From: Trichoplax sp. H2
Lineage: Eukaryota
Length of the DNA stretch: 64,000 nucleotides
Assembly: GCA_003344405.1 (NCBI GenBank)
Contig: NOWV01000250.1
Location: forward strand, 1-64,000
Reading direction: 5' to 3'
Part shown: in pieces, positions 1-13,950 of the stretch
How positions within the stretch are numbered: the first letter of the stretch is position 1
How the letters are laid out: each line of letters opens with the position of its first letter
Position numbers and translations under genes: made by a program
The notes under the pieces: model-generated
The model's database searches: none
What the model was told of the DNA's origin: nothing
What the model saw: only the letters and a program-made list of their open reading frames with translations

Positions 1-396
1 TAATGTTTCAAGTTATGAAAAAGTATCCTTCCCATTACAGGTTACGGTTATTGTGCAAAATTGGTCATGTCTTGGTAAGAAATTGAAGACTTCAGATTTA
101 TTAAATACTGGTCATCAACGATCGCATGATTAGCGTTTCCTTAATATCCTAATAAGTATAAAATAGATCAGGCAATAGTTTAATTATTTATCAATTAGTT
201 GATCTATTATGTGATTTATCGTTTTCGACAATATCTTGGTGAAATGAAATGAGATATGCCAATTCAGTCTCATTAATAATTCATTAATATATTAATCATT
301 ACGAGTCAGCTATTAGTAATACATCTGAGTAAGTGTAAAAAATAATAGTCATTAACAAATGCATAATTAATTCTTACTATTCTATGATTACTCTAG

Positions 397-2148
397 GCGA
401 TCAAATCTCCATTTCTTGTCTACCAGATTCAATACAAGTTAATATTCACCAATCTATTGCAACATCACTGTCACAACCTTATCCAGCTACGATAAATTTA
501 GGGCTATGTCAGTATAAAACGAATTCAACTCTAACTCACATTAAGATACCCTTTAATAGCTGCGGAAACGACATTCAATTTAACCCTCGTTCTATAATTT
601 ATGGCAATACCATAACTGCTATCAATAATATGCAGAATAAAGGTGGGGTTATTCTAAGGGAGCAGCAACATCAACTAATGTTTTCCTGCAGTTATAAACG
701 TACTGCTTACATTAATGCAGTATTGAACGCGAAAAAAAATCACTCTAAAATAGATCAGGGCCTAACAATAGAACAACTAACGAGGCAACCACAGCCAAAA
801 ACTAGTAGTTTTCAATACGATATGTTACTTTATACGAATCAAAGTTATCAACAAGTACGAACCAATCGTTCAGGAGCAATTTATGTTGAACCGAACGAAG
901 AAATATTTTTTGAGATCAATGTTAAGCCAGCTGATCCGCTATTAGTATTAATAATTGATACATGCTATTCCAATCACCAGTCTAAGAAACATGTAATTAT
1001 AAGCCAACGGTAAGTGTACCCTGTAAGCGATAACATTTAGAAGCTAACAATAAATTCTGTAATTCATGTTTGTTTGAGATAATCTATAAATTTATTCTTA
1101 GTATTTAGTATATATATAGATGTATAATGACAAATTGATCATAGTAGTCATGAAATTATAAACACAAGATTATAATAGCAATTCATGAGTTTTATATTAA
1201 TCATTCACATCAGAATAGAAATTTACTAAGGTTATCATATAAATTGTATACTGGATGATAACATAACTCTATTAAATCCAATTATTGTAATACGTGTAGT
1301 ATTAGTCAGTACTAATTCCTAAACATCATTCTGCTACACTTACTACTATTTTAATCTATTTTTTAAGATTATACTCAGCAGGTAGTGATTGTTCTATGGT
1401 CACTACTTGCTATATTTGCCTGTTAAATTCGTAATACGAAAATAGCTCTCCTATAAATTTCGTTATTGTACTATAGTCAGCTTCATTGCTTTTAGACATA
1501 TATATAAACTCACAGTAGCTAAAGATAGCCATATCAACTTCAAAACTGGAGCTTAAAAGTTGTATACTGCTTATTTACCAACAGAATGGATAACTTCTTA
1601 TAGAATTTTGTTAAATCTTTATATGATGATCAGATGGTAGAGCATTGCTTAATTATATTTTCCGTGAACACAGTAGTACAATGGCTAAATGTAATATACC
1701 GGTATTCAAGATTAGATAAGCTTATAGGTAAGATCATCTATGTTTTTTTAACTTATCTTCCAAAAATTATAGGTGTATCATAGATTCGTCTTTTAAAGCT
1801 ATTCCATCACCTCCAGGAAGTGCCCGGTTTAGTCTTTTAGCCGGTAGTTTTGTTTTTAATCATTCAGTAACCACTTTTCTCCATTGTTTTGCTCACGTTT
1901 GCCATCAGTCAGAATCCAATTTGACACGATGTCAAGGTTGTACTAACATTCAACGACCTCATCATATCGTCATTGGCACTGTAAGCTATAAATCCAACAG
2001 TACCTCAATGAATCGGCCTAAAAAATTAATGTCCACATATATTGTCTTATTTTCAACGCTTTTTGCTATTGTCGTAGTAGTTCTGATTTTGTTACCTATA
2101 ATTTTAAGGATGCGTAAAACTATCAAATGGACTCCGGTATCGACATAA
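397..2148 (+). CDS. Zona pellucida (ZP) domain-containing single-pass membrane protein; exons 397-1009 and 1773-2148, 5' exon uncertain
   Basis: The ORF at 384-1013 has a ZP-N cysteine pattern (ISCLPDSIQV...IPFNSCG...YGNTI...FSCSY) and the start of ZP-C (LIIDTCYS). GT at 1010 splices in phase to AG at 1771-1772, giving RCIIDSSF...ARFS...FLHCFAHVC...CQGC, a hydrophobic TM segment (YIVLFSTLFAIVVVVLILLPIIL) and a short basic tail. Confidence 0.85.
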
Positions 2149-3544
2149 TTATTGATAATTTAGAAGATACCTATCGGGTATATGTTATATTATGTTTGTA
2201 TATGAAGATATTGCAACGTTTGGATAATTAACACGACTTGTTCTTGTATGACTTCGCACTAATTGCCCTTAGGATTAGAATTTTAGCCAGGATTAGTTAT
2301 TTTCTAATTCGTTCTTTTGTACGAGTGCAATAAATGATATTTACAGAAATTCTATAGTACTATTCATTAATTCGTATCGTAAATGTAGGATAGGTAAATT
2401 TATACATCATAAAACCTAAGGATCTGTGATTAAAATAGAATATTTCGTTTCCTGTTTGATACTTGAAATAAACAAACGGTATATATAAACTCTTAGAATA
2501 TAGAGTTAATATATATGTATTCGTATACGATAAATAAAGTTAGCACTCAAGAAGTTACTTTGCTAATTAAGGCACGAACATAGAAGTACGATGGCAGCTT
2601 ACAGCAAATTTCTGCTTATAAGATCTTCTAAAATTATCAAAAGCTTTAACATCCATTCTAATGTAATAGAATATGTAATGCGTAAATGAATAAATCGAAA
2701 TATGCTCTACGCAGTACTCATAGATTTATTTAAAGAATTTTTAGACCTAGCAGTTATATGTACCAAGTGAGAGCCAATCAAGCTTTATTATACAATGGAA
2801 AGAGATTTGAATGCCAGTATATTTATATTAACTGTAGTGGACAGTAAGTATAATATATAAATCAAGTGATAGCTTAACTAGATACTATGATAAAGAACTC
2901 CACCATCAAGCTATCATAAAAATTATCCTAGATCCCGACAACAACACAGCAGTTTGCAACTTCCTTTAACTTTTAATATGTTTATAGTATCCCTCACTAG
3001 AAGTTTATCACAAAGTGATCACATCACCGTATTATCACCTTGTTACAAGCATAACTAAAATTAAAATTTTGTTATTTTTTACTTCAGTATATAAATGACA
3101 GAGAAAGTAAAAACTTGTTAAACAGTCGCTATGTGAAATACCACATCTTTAATTAAATGTACTTTCGTGACGGTATTGCTATCCTGGCACGTCCAAGAGT
3201 TGTAAATAGCTCCATATAGATGCTATGGGTTGAAAGTCCATGACAGTCTGACGATTTGCTTTACCATGTACATCAACATCTCATACAGTATCATTGGTTG
3301 TCAATAGCGATATTTGCGTTACATTAGCTTTCTGTATAGCATAAAATAAATATCATACAAGAAAACAAATCATGCGAGCGAAATGGTCATAATTACAATT
3401 TATCTAAATTTTAGTTTACAGTATGATCTCCGAAATTCAGTTTGGCCTTAAAAATAGCCTAATTTATCTCAACTATTGCGACGATGACGTTGATAATTAT
3501 TCGAAATAAGAAATAGTAACGAACTATGGAACCATTTAGAACGA

Positions 3545-6500
3545 CTAAAAATTAGTTTCGTTCGATTTCATCTTTTGGTACGCAATCCTAGGAGAGTGCC
3601 CGTACTGTTTAGCGAAGTTTTGCATATTCACGTATTCATTATAATTATGGTCCGCAGGTTGATAATAGTTACCATCATTACGAGGAGAATATTCTTCTTG
3701 ATGACTGAAGTAAAAATCATTTCTTAAGCTGGTTGATCGCGATTTAGGCTGACCTACTGTATATTTTCCAGTATTTGCGGTTTCCTTGATTTTTGCATCT
3801 GCGTGCCTACTACCATTATAAGGCGATGCCATTGAGACATCGGGATAAGCATCTACATTAGGTACACTTGATTTTGCTATCTCGGGATAACGAGTTTGAT
3901 TTATCCAGGTATTATTAGATAACGGATGCTCATTGCAAAATGATGCCGAAGAACTATAAATAGCGCTTTCATTTGTTCTGTATTGACCCGATCTTGTTGC
4001 TATGTAAGGCATCGACGGATCTCTCGGTATATCATGCGATACTGTGTACACGTCGGTGTTGTAGGTCGATGACGGAAAACCGCTAAAGGACTGACTTACG
4101 TTGCGCACATCTGATGCTGAAGTTTTTGGGTACTGACGATGCCTTACATGCTCATTGTATGTATAGAGTTGTGAAAGCTTTTTATAATCAATAACATCCA
4201 TAATTCTACCATCAGTATACTTAAGACAGCCCAACGCTCGAGTTTTTTCAAGTAAGCATAAAATAGATTCATTGTATGATCTCTCACTTTGATGCTGAAT
4301 CTCGTAGTTCCTGATGCTACCTTCATCATGCATACCGAAACTACGGAGATATAAGCTATGCCATATTTTCATATCAAAAATATCAGTAACAACGGTCAAT
4401 GGTTTAGCAATAGTTTTACCATAAATTCTTTGTAAAACTTGATTCATAATATATCGTTCATTAAATACTTCCTTCCAATTTAAGTAACAGAGATTCCAAG
4501 CTGAAGGGAGAACAATACCAGTACGCTTTGACTCGTTACCTTCCCCTTTCCTTACATAATCATATCTGCAGCGTTCATATTCATTGTTGTAAGAAAACGT
4601 TTCGGTAAGTCCACAGAGTGATATATCCAAAAGATGCGATATGTAATTAGGAGAAAATTCGAAAGCCAAAGGATTTTGATATAACAGTTGCGATATACAA
4701 CTTAAGAATAGCTCAAAAAAGGGACTCTAATTTTTGAAATCATAATAAGGATTGTATATAAGATAAATAAATTAGCTATGCAGGATATAATTGCACAACG
4801 TTAAATTTTACCTCTTGGCTTGCATTAAAACGATAGCCAACTACAACCCAGTTCTTTTGTAGTAATATTTGAAATCCTTTAATTGTACGACAGTCACCGT
4901 CTAATATTACTTGAACTAGAGAACATATTACGCAGGAAAGTTCTGCTCCGTCATAATCTATGAATTTATAAGAAAACATTATTAAAATTAAATGGCTTCA
5001 AAGTTTGCTAAAAATTCTACAATGACGCTAATAAATCATTTACGATATAACCTTTAACTAAGATGGAAACGGCGCCATAGTGTAATTTATCCGCTATCTT
5101 AGTAGCAATGAATAAGCAAACCCTAGTGGAGCATAGGCAATGACAGATTTCAGCAGTTTAACGTACAAAAAATAAAGGTAACAAACTAATACTATTACAA
5201 CAGTTCCAGTGATTAGTCTAATAGAATAAAATACTGCGTAATTATATTACATTATTCGTCACGTCAAATAATATAAAGTATAATAGTCTACCGAATGAAA
5301 TTCGGCCATTGGGTTGCAGCAAGAGAAGCAAACCAATCTTTATCGGAATTCCAATATTTTCTATCGCTACCTATTTTAGAATAAGTATACCTAATAAGAA
5401 AAACTTTAATAATTATAATGCTATTCAATAGCCGCACAATATCAAATACCTTTCAAGCAGTGATATTTTAAATTGTTATAGCCAGACGAAAGTTCTTTGG
5501 GTTGAATTACGTTGCCAACACGTACAATTCCATTGTCTGTGTATATCCGTCGCCATACAGTTGCTAAATAATTAGGGAATCGATTGGCTAATTCTATAGT
5601 TTTGAATGGTTTTTGCTTATTTGGGTCTTTTATAATTCCAAATATTCTAAATGTAAATGTATATTATAGTAATTCTATTTAGTGTGCATGGATACAATAT
5701 AAAGAGCTTGTAGAAATTATTTAAACTGGTATCTTACAAACCTTCCTTCCATTTCGTTACAATTCTCTCTTAGGCCATGATCCTCGGATGCCGATCTTAA
5801 TAAATAAACATCATTAGTTTGGTAATACCAGCAAGGTACCTATATTAAATTAACAAACATTTAATTAGTTATTTAGTACATCAAAATCGTAATAAGATAT
5901 CGACTAGAGACGTTATACTCACGGGATAACGTTTTTCCCTGTAGGCTGCCAGAAGCATGTTTAGATCTAACTTCTTGGATACAGCATCATTTGGACAAAG
6001 CAGTATTTCAGGTAGACTGTAATTACAATTATTCAAATACACCATTTTTGATAATTAGTATATTGATTCCGATATTTATATCCCAATTGAATTTATGAAA
6101 TAATTATCAATGAAAATATACTAAAGAGAGAATGACCTTTGATATTTAAATCCCCTATTGGCATCTTCGTTAATGCACCATATTTTTGGTGTCTTCAAAT
6201 GGTCAAGTTCCTATAGTTTAATAGTATCCATTTCATACTATCAGACATCATTACTAATCAACACGATACATAGCTCAACTTACACTCTCATAGTCACTTA
6301 TTTTACGGTAAGATGGTACACCACCAGTCTTTGCTAAACCTGGATAGGTTTTATACCATTATTAAGGATCGACATATTATTAATTTTTGCAGTTATGAGT
6401 ATTCTATTTTTAAATAGTAGTCCAATTACCTTCCATACTGTTAGCATATTTTGTGTAAAATTCGGTATGTTTGCAACCAATCAAATAACGTAACATCTAG

Positions 6501-8383
6501 AGTAAACACGCAATTTCTACTGTTAATTGCCGACATCTAATACGTAATTTAAATCAAAGCATTTTACACTTACCTTCTTTAACTCTTCATATGAAACAGA
6601 GTTAGCCTATAATAATGAAATAAACGATGTTTAAAATTTCGACATTTCCTAAAAGTTGCATGTAAGCCCTAATATTAGATGTTGCAAGTTGTACAGTATA
6701 TATCATCGTTGATTCAAATAACTCAGAATTGCAATATAAACAAACAAAAATTTCTCAGATATAGCCTTGACACGGTTGGAGATAATTTCGAATTTGATAC
6801 TTGTACCGCACGTTGTACGCACTGTAATGTTTCAGAGTACTAATACTAACATCATAGTAAGTAAAGTGGCTCAACGTCACACTTACTTGTGACCTTCTCG
6901 GTAATAATCGAAACGATTTCAATCGTGATACGAGCGATTTCTAAATTGATCCAAATATAATAGGGAATATTGCATTAGGTGCGATAATTAGAGTTCAACT
7001 TACTGAGCAATGCATCCCATTAATAACTTACATCACCCAATGTCTGATCATTTCTTCTAGCACGGATATCTAGTAGGGTAAAGTTCTATTGGAAAATATG
7101 TTATCAAGCTAAGACACAGCAGAATGTTTTCCAACTTCAGTGGGGTATGGCTATGACTACAAAGTAACACGCACGCTATACAAAGTCTCCTACCCTACAA
7201 TAGACTTGTAAACTAGTAATGCCTCCTGAAGTTGGCAGTGCATTATTGGTGACTGTATGCCTTTCTTGACAACGTTTATCCACTATATAATAAGAATAAA
7301 ATTACGAGAATATCGTGTACATGTCGAGATAATAAATAGCTACCAAATCTTATCATTACAACTCGGCTAAGAGTGGCTTTTAAAATGTAAAAAGTAACAA
7401 CTTCATCAAAGATAATATCAGTAAACAGGGGTTGATACGCAGCACTTACAGGTATACTTTATTTTCTCTATATTTTTAAGAACAATATCATCGAAAAAGT
7501 ATACTCCATCGTTAACATTTCTCACCCCAGAAGCAGTCCGTATCTGTTGAAAGCAAGAAAATAGAATTAGAACCTGAATGGTAGTTTTATGAATCGTAAG
7601 CATGTCATAAGCTATTATTTAATTTGATTATACTATGCTGGTAAAGACCATATAAGGTATTGTAATAAAATTTCCAACAGTATACGAATAAAAGGTTGGT
7701 AGGAAAGCATGAAACCTTATCTTCGAGACTTCCTTCAATTATAATTAGTCGAAAATTGGTTAAACAAACTCTGACTTTGGACTCTTTCGATACCGATTGT
7801 CGATGACATAGCATGTAATGAACGTTCTTGTAAAAAGTATGATCAGGAGTATATTGTATTTCTTCACCTAGATTTTTGGATGATATCGATTAGTTTATAT
7901 TACATATGATTCTCTATGCATTAGCTATTTTGCATATCCTATAATGCAATCTATTATTATAACATAAATTCAAGGCGGACCCTAACTGTACAACGCTACT
8001 GCCTCTGGAAAAACAATCTTTTACACTAGTCGAAATGAGACTATGAAATTGACATGGTGTCAGATTTCTTTCCAATCTTTTATAAATCATACAGTATTTT
8101 AAAAAATAGTCTAACTGAATATACTCGTATTCGTGATTTCCCCATAGAGTAGTGAACAGAGAACGAGTATATTTATTGAAGGTAAAACTGCAACGTATGA
8201 AGCATGAAAGTAATCCATGAACTAGCAGATATTTACTGTTCATTCGACTTTGAAATATTGATTAAAAATTGCCATCGCTCCAAAGCCTCAGATACAAATT
8301 ACAATACCTGGAAAAAGAATCTTCTTTTTCAATTGTTCTCTGACTTCATCCCAGGTTTCGCTGGGGTTCTCTTGACCAGTCAT
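3545..8383 (-). CDS. Myotubularin-related protein, inactive (MTMR10/11/12-like pseudophosphatase), multi-exon
   Basis: Spliced exons give a PH-GRAM-like start (ILFPGEE...VCLTNFRLIII) and myotubularin motifs (YREKRYPVPCW; WFASLAATQWPNFIR; CSLVQVILDGDCRTIKGFQILLQKNWVVVGYRF; SPFFELFLSCISQLLYQNPLAFEF...ETFSYNNEYER). The active-site position reads ILVKDYDGAELSC rather than VHCSDGWDRT. Probable ATG at 8383. Confidence 0.85.
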
Positions 8384-10157
8384 TGAAAATATAGGCTACG
8401 AGAATCTCTTATCTCCTATTAAAAAGAAAGGACGTTCAGATTGAATATTTTCAACTGAAGACATTTCCATTGACCACTTCTTCCTAGCTTATCGTGTTTC
8501 TAACGATGCATATACAAATCAAATAGTGAATCACCAATATCATTCAACAACTCGACGGCAACCTGTCAATTAGTCCAATCTTACCGAAAGGGAAACAATG
8601 ATCATGAAATGATACACGTCAAAGCAAGCCCTCGCAGGCATTCTCTCTATATGTTATCCAAGATGTATCCAGTGAAACGTCAATTCATTTTCTATTTGTT
8701 ACTTATGCTAATTTTCACATGTTTGATAGTAGACTATTGAAATAAACAAGTCAAGTCGTCCTACTAGGTAGGTCTTTCACCCTTCTTCTAACCCATAACA
8801 CTAACGAGAAATGGCAGATTTTTATCTACCCTATTCTAGTCCGTGTACTAAACTATCGACCGTTTCATGAATAGTTGAACTGTCAAGATATAAAAAAGTA
8901 AGTGAAAAGTGGTATTCCTCTATCAGGGAATGCATCACTCCAAGTAGAAATTTGCCTAGTTCAAACTGGTAAGAAGCTTGTGAACATCATGCACTGATGT
9001 TTATTTTATGATCCAACATTACGAAAGTACGCCCATAGTGGCTTGGACTGTTAAAGCTGTGTTAAAATGACGGTAAGCTAAAGCACAATAGTTGTATCCA
9101 TTTTGTCATTCATTAACTGATATTCAGCCACGAGAGCCATAAAGAAAAGAATTCCTCGAACTATCCTTCTACCATGAAATGGATCACCGTCGAATGCTGG
9201 CTTCTACTTGGCATAGCAGCCGAAAGGATTACTTCTAGTTGTTTCCATTATTTACCCCTGGATTACGGCATGTAAATTACCTTATTGACGTTTCAAGACC
9301 AAGTTCATTGAAGGAAAAATGGAAGAGAAATTTTCTTTGCTGAGACGAAAATTGTCTTTCACGAACTGTCTACATACAACACGACTTCCTCCTTTCACTC
9401 AGCTTCACTCAATCGACATCAAGTTGACGCACCCTTGCTTCTTTTTTGCCCTTATATGGTAAACTAACACTGCGTACAGTGTATCGTATTCAGGTCAGGC
9501 AACTTGTGGCTTCGAAAGTAATGCATCATTCCAGTATAGTACAGGAATGACGGAAGTTCATTAGTATGCGGTATATCACGACTACAGTATATTATAGAAA
9601 TTGATTCATTAATTACAGTGTACAAGTTCCTATATGCGGTTTAGCCAATGAAATAGTTGACATTCGAGACCCTTATTAGTGTACATGCTATACCATGTAT
9701 TGTACTGGTATAAACGAAAAGTAGATACATCGAGTTAATATCCCCCAAAAAACGCCTTTCTTACATTGATCTCGGTGGGCAGTGACAATAGTCGGAAACT
9801 GGGCCATCAAACAATAATATTGTTCACAGTCTGAGACACAGATGACTCGTGATGAACTTTATTCGAGTTTCTGGGTCTGTAATGGACGTTAACATCATCA
9901 TTGGCAGACTGCTCAGAAAGATGTTGTTGTACTCATGTATCCTATTCAGTATACGAGTAGAATAGACCAGCTAAGTTTTGTACTCACTGTCTTCAAGACT
10001 TCCAACGAAAAAATCGCAGACATGGGAGTACAAAACTTCACAGGGCTACACAGTATTCAGAGTAGTCATACTTCGTTACAGTCAGTTGCAAGATCATACT
10101 GGTTATATTCGTATTGACTGTATGCCGTCCGTACCCGTAGTAACTAGAATCAGTTCT

Positions 10158-10303
10158 GTCCGCCCTTCAAAATTTCTTTCGATCATCACTCATTCACCTG
10201 GTCCAGTACAGTACATTATACTGTAAACGACCGTGCAATATACTGTAAAGTGTCGTCCGCCCTTCAAAATTTCTTTCCATCATCACCTCATTCAACCTGG
10301 TCC
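10158..10303. repeat. Imperfect direct repeat, 2 copies of ~47-49 bp, period 97 bp
   Basis: gtccgcccttcaaaatttctttc is identical at 10158 and 10255; the copies continue as gatcatcactcattcacctggtcc and catcatcacctcattcaacctggtcc. Confidence 0.85.
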
Positions 10304-11395
10304 TGGAGTTCAGTTAAATCATGTGACGCATTCAACTGGAGAATTACAATAGAAGGTCTTCATAATACAGTGTGTAGAAATTCTGTCCAGATTTTGAAAA
10401 GTGGAATAAAAAAGTCAAAACTGTGGAAAGTTTTACGGATTTTTTTTACGAAATAAGGCATAAAAATGTACGCTGATTCATCTGGAAAGAATTTTTACAC
10501 ACTGTACAGTAGTAACAGTACTACAGTATACTGTACACTACAGTAGTGCAACGAATAGTGCGATTGTTGCCGTACAGTACATGCTCAGACGTACTTTCAA
10601 GACTTTACTACGTTGAGGCGGTTGAGCTACAGCAACCTGCTCAATAGTCTTGCATTTAATTTACAGCGACTGAATTGTAGTTTATACTACGTTTTATTAA
10701 TCATCAAGTATAATAATAATAATATTAAGAACACCAATAATGCAATTTATTCAAATTTCTTTATCCATTGCACCAGTAAAGTTCACAAAACTGACCAAGA
10801 CACCATCGTGCTGAACCAAAAATTCAGTTACCATTTACAATATGAATATTCAAAAATGTGCATTATTGATAATCCAAGATGTTCACCATAAACTACGGTA
10901 ATGCAAAATACAGCATGATGTAATGATGCAGCAATGTACTGTAAAGCTTCAGCGAGTAATTTATTCATAGAATTCATCATTGTAACTACGGAATCTCATA
11001 CTTGGATACCTACATCAGCGGGATATTTTACAAGACACTTTACAGCAAAAATTTTACAACGATGGGTATTACGCCAGCAAAAAAGTGTCTAAAGCCACGG
11101 CCTATTAACGTATAAGATTTGTTATACCATGGCTTTCAGCTTATTGTCTCGTCAGAGTTAAGACGCATTAATAGTATCAACCGTCCGTTCAAAAAACACA
11201 ACATTATCCAATCAGATTTATTCGATGCAGTCTAGGTTACAAAATTTTCTCGAAATCCTTATCACTTAGGTGGTCCTTTGCCCAGTCTTTTGTAGGGGAG
11301 CCAGCAGCGGTATAATGGTCAATACGGGCGCTTTCATCATCGCCACGACCTGACGTAGCAATACATGTCAGAATCCATCTTAACCAAGCAATCAG

Positions 11396-13950
11396 CTACA
11401 ATTTATTACACACATAAAATAGTTTTATGATACTCGACTTACTTTTGTGGGTGCCATCTGCTTCTGTTAATGATGTAAGTGGAAAGGAAGATTGAGCTGA
11501 AGAATTGCTTACGTCAGAAGCATCTTCACCTAATTCTTCATCCGATATATTTGAAAGATTAGATGTATTTTTGGAGGCGTTTACGTATACCGCCATTGCC
11601 TGTAATAGAATAACATATGTACACGATATGTTCATACTATTTCATGTATTGGTAACACAGTAACACAAGTAGCATAATCTAACCTGAGCAACCATTGAAG
11701 CCGCATCACCAGTATTAGCGGGTAAAATAACCGTATTACTAGCTTTCGCCAATTTACTGAAGGCAGCAATATACTAAAATATGCAAAAATAGTGAAATCT
11801 GAATTGACTTATTAAGCAGTGCCGTGACAGTACAGTACTGTAGCTCATAATATATTCACAGTATAGTAATATATCTTGAACTATTTCGTTATCATTCCCT
11901 TTACCTGTTCCGCGATATTAAGTGAAGCCGCTTTTTCACCATTCTATAGTAGATTTAAAATCAGTTTAGTCGCGTTCCGCTGTTGCTGTAATCGTATCGA
12001 TTCATTGGTAATATACGTACCTGCTGAACCAGCTGACGTGATAGAATTTGTAAAGCCTTTGCTCTGGCTTGTGCTTTAGCCCAAATTGCTTCGGCTTCAC
12101 CTATTTAAATAATGATTGAAATATACCTTGTAATATCAATTACCCGACAAATGCAATATTGTTAATGCTGTCATTCCTTTACTTTCTAATACATACCAGT
12201 AGCTAAATTAATTTGTTCCATTTTCAGTGCCTCAGAAGCAAGAATCTTACTTTGCCTTTCTCCTTCAGCTACATTGATAGCTGCTTCTCTAACACCTTTA
12301 TATTAAATGGAATATTTTTTATACATCAGTCTGAACACAAACTAACTTATTGTAACAAATCTATATGAAATTTGAAACTTCGATATTACCTTCCGACTCT
12401 AAAACTTGTGCTCTTTTCTTTCGTTCAGCTTCAACCTAAAATTATTGACGATAAAAGTCGAGATTACTACGAGCTCTAGCCACTAAGAATCTTGCATTCC
12501 TCTCACCTGCATTTGCATTGCTTCTTTAACTCGCGACGGCAGTTGTATATCACCTATGATCACAAGCAAGGAGTAAAATACAAACAATTTTATGATCTAC
12601 TATTTGAAGCAATCATAGCAGATTTACCATTACATAACAAGTCCATCATAGTAATAAAGTTCAAAGCTAATAAAACATCGATTGCTTATGAGCTACTTAC
12701 GAATCTCGTAGCGCAAACATTTAATTCCCCATACTGCAGATGCCGAATTGATTGCCTCTAAAAATTATTTAATCATATAGAGATTTCATAAGCTCTACAA
12801 TCAACTATTACCTGCAGTGCCAATGAACACGAGCAATTAATATATTCCTTACCTACAATACTGATATTTAAGGATGTACGTTCTTGAAATACCACGTCTA
12901 AAGAAATTTTACCTAAGTAAAAGCCAAAGTGCTCAATAAAACTTTATGATATTACCTTCCTTCTGTGATTATAAAATCGTGGTTTTGGTAAAAGAAAATC
13001 AAGAAATACCTAGCTCTGATCTCATGGTTGTTTGAGCTAATTGTGTAACAGCGTAAACAGGATCTTCTACGCCATAGGATGCCTACCACAATACAAAAGA
13101 TCCAGGAAAATAAGAAATACACAAGTGCTGTATAGAGATACCACTTCGTTGAGCCTAATAACATCTGCGATAAATCAATCATGATAGCTAACCAAATATG
13201 GATCTTCGACTCTCAGGTATAAAACACCATCCAAATTGATCGTAACATTGTCTGAAGGCATACAATATAACTATGAATTCTTAGACGTGCACATAAGGGC
13301 CTACACTTATCACGCAATTTAATACTACTGCTACGAAATATAGTAACATAAATTAGTTTTAGTATTTTGACAAATTTTACCCAAAGTAATAGCGGATTGT
13401 GATGGAATTTCAATAGCAATTTCCTTTAAACTCTGAACATATTTAATTTGATCTACTACTGGTAGCAAAATCGCTAAACCCTATATAAAGGCAAGATCAA
13501 ATATGGCCCAGTTTTATACTTTGGCATTTTGTTATGTTATCTGATCGATTATCTATTCTATAGATAAGCAGAATTAAATCTTTTCCATTAATGTTAGCAC
13601 CGCTAATTATTTTGCTAAAGTCTTACAGGTTCTAATGTCCTGTTATATTTTCCAAATCGTTCTATAATCCAAGCCTCTTGCTGCGGAACAAATTTGATGA
13701 CCTGTACAACAGAAAGCAAACCAGTTGAAAACTTCTGTTATAGAAATGACTTATCCTACATTCATTAATCAAAGTGTAGACGTAAGAAAGAGTCATCAGA
13801 TGTCAATTACGTTAAGCTGGCAAATGTATGATAAAGATTATTAAAATATCATACTGTATTTTTAGGTAGTAATTTCCTTCTTCCATCGACAGGATAGGTC
13901 GACGGGTAGCCAGTGATCGTTCTAATATTCTGGCGGTTTTTTATCTGCTG
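11396..13950 (-). CDS. STOML2: Stomatin-like protein 2 (SPFH/band 7 family), multi-exon; first exon and last few codons uncertain
   Basis: Spliced translation: PKNTVIKFVPQQEAWIIERFGKYNRTLEPGLAILLPVVDQIKYVQSLKEIAIEIPSQSAITLDNVTINLDGVLYLRVEDPYLASYGVEDP...AQTTMRSELGK...WGIKCLRYEI...MQMQVEAERKKRA...AEQYIAAFSKLAKASNTVILPAN. These motifs are diagnostic of SLP-2. Confidence 0.92.
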
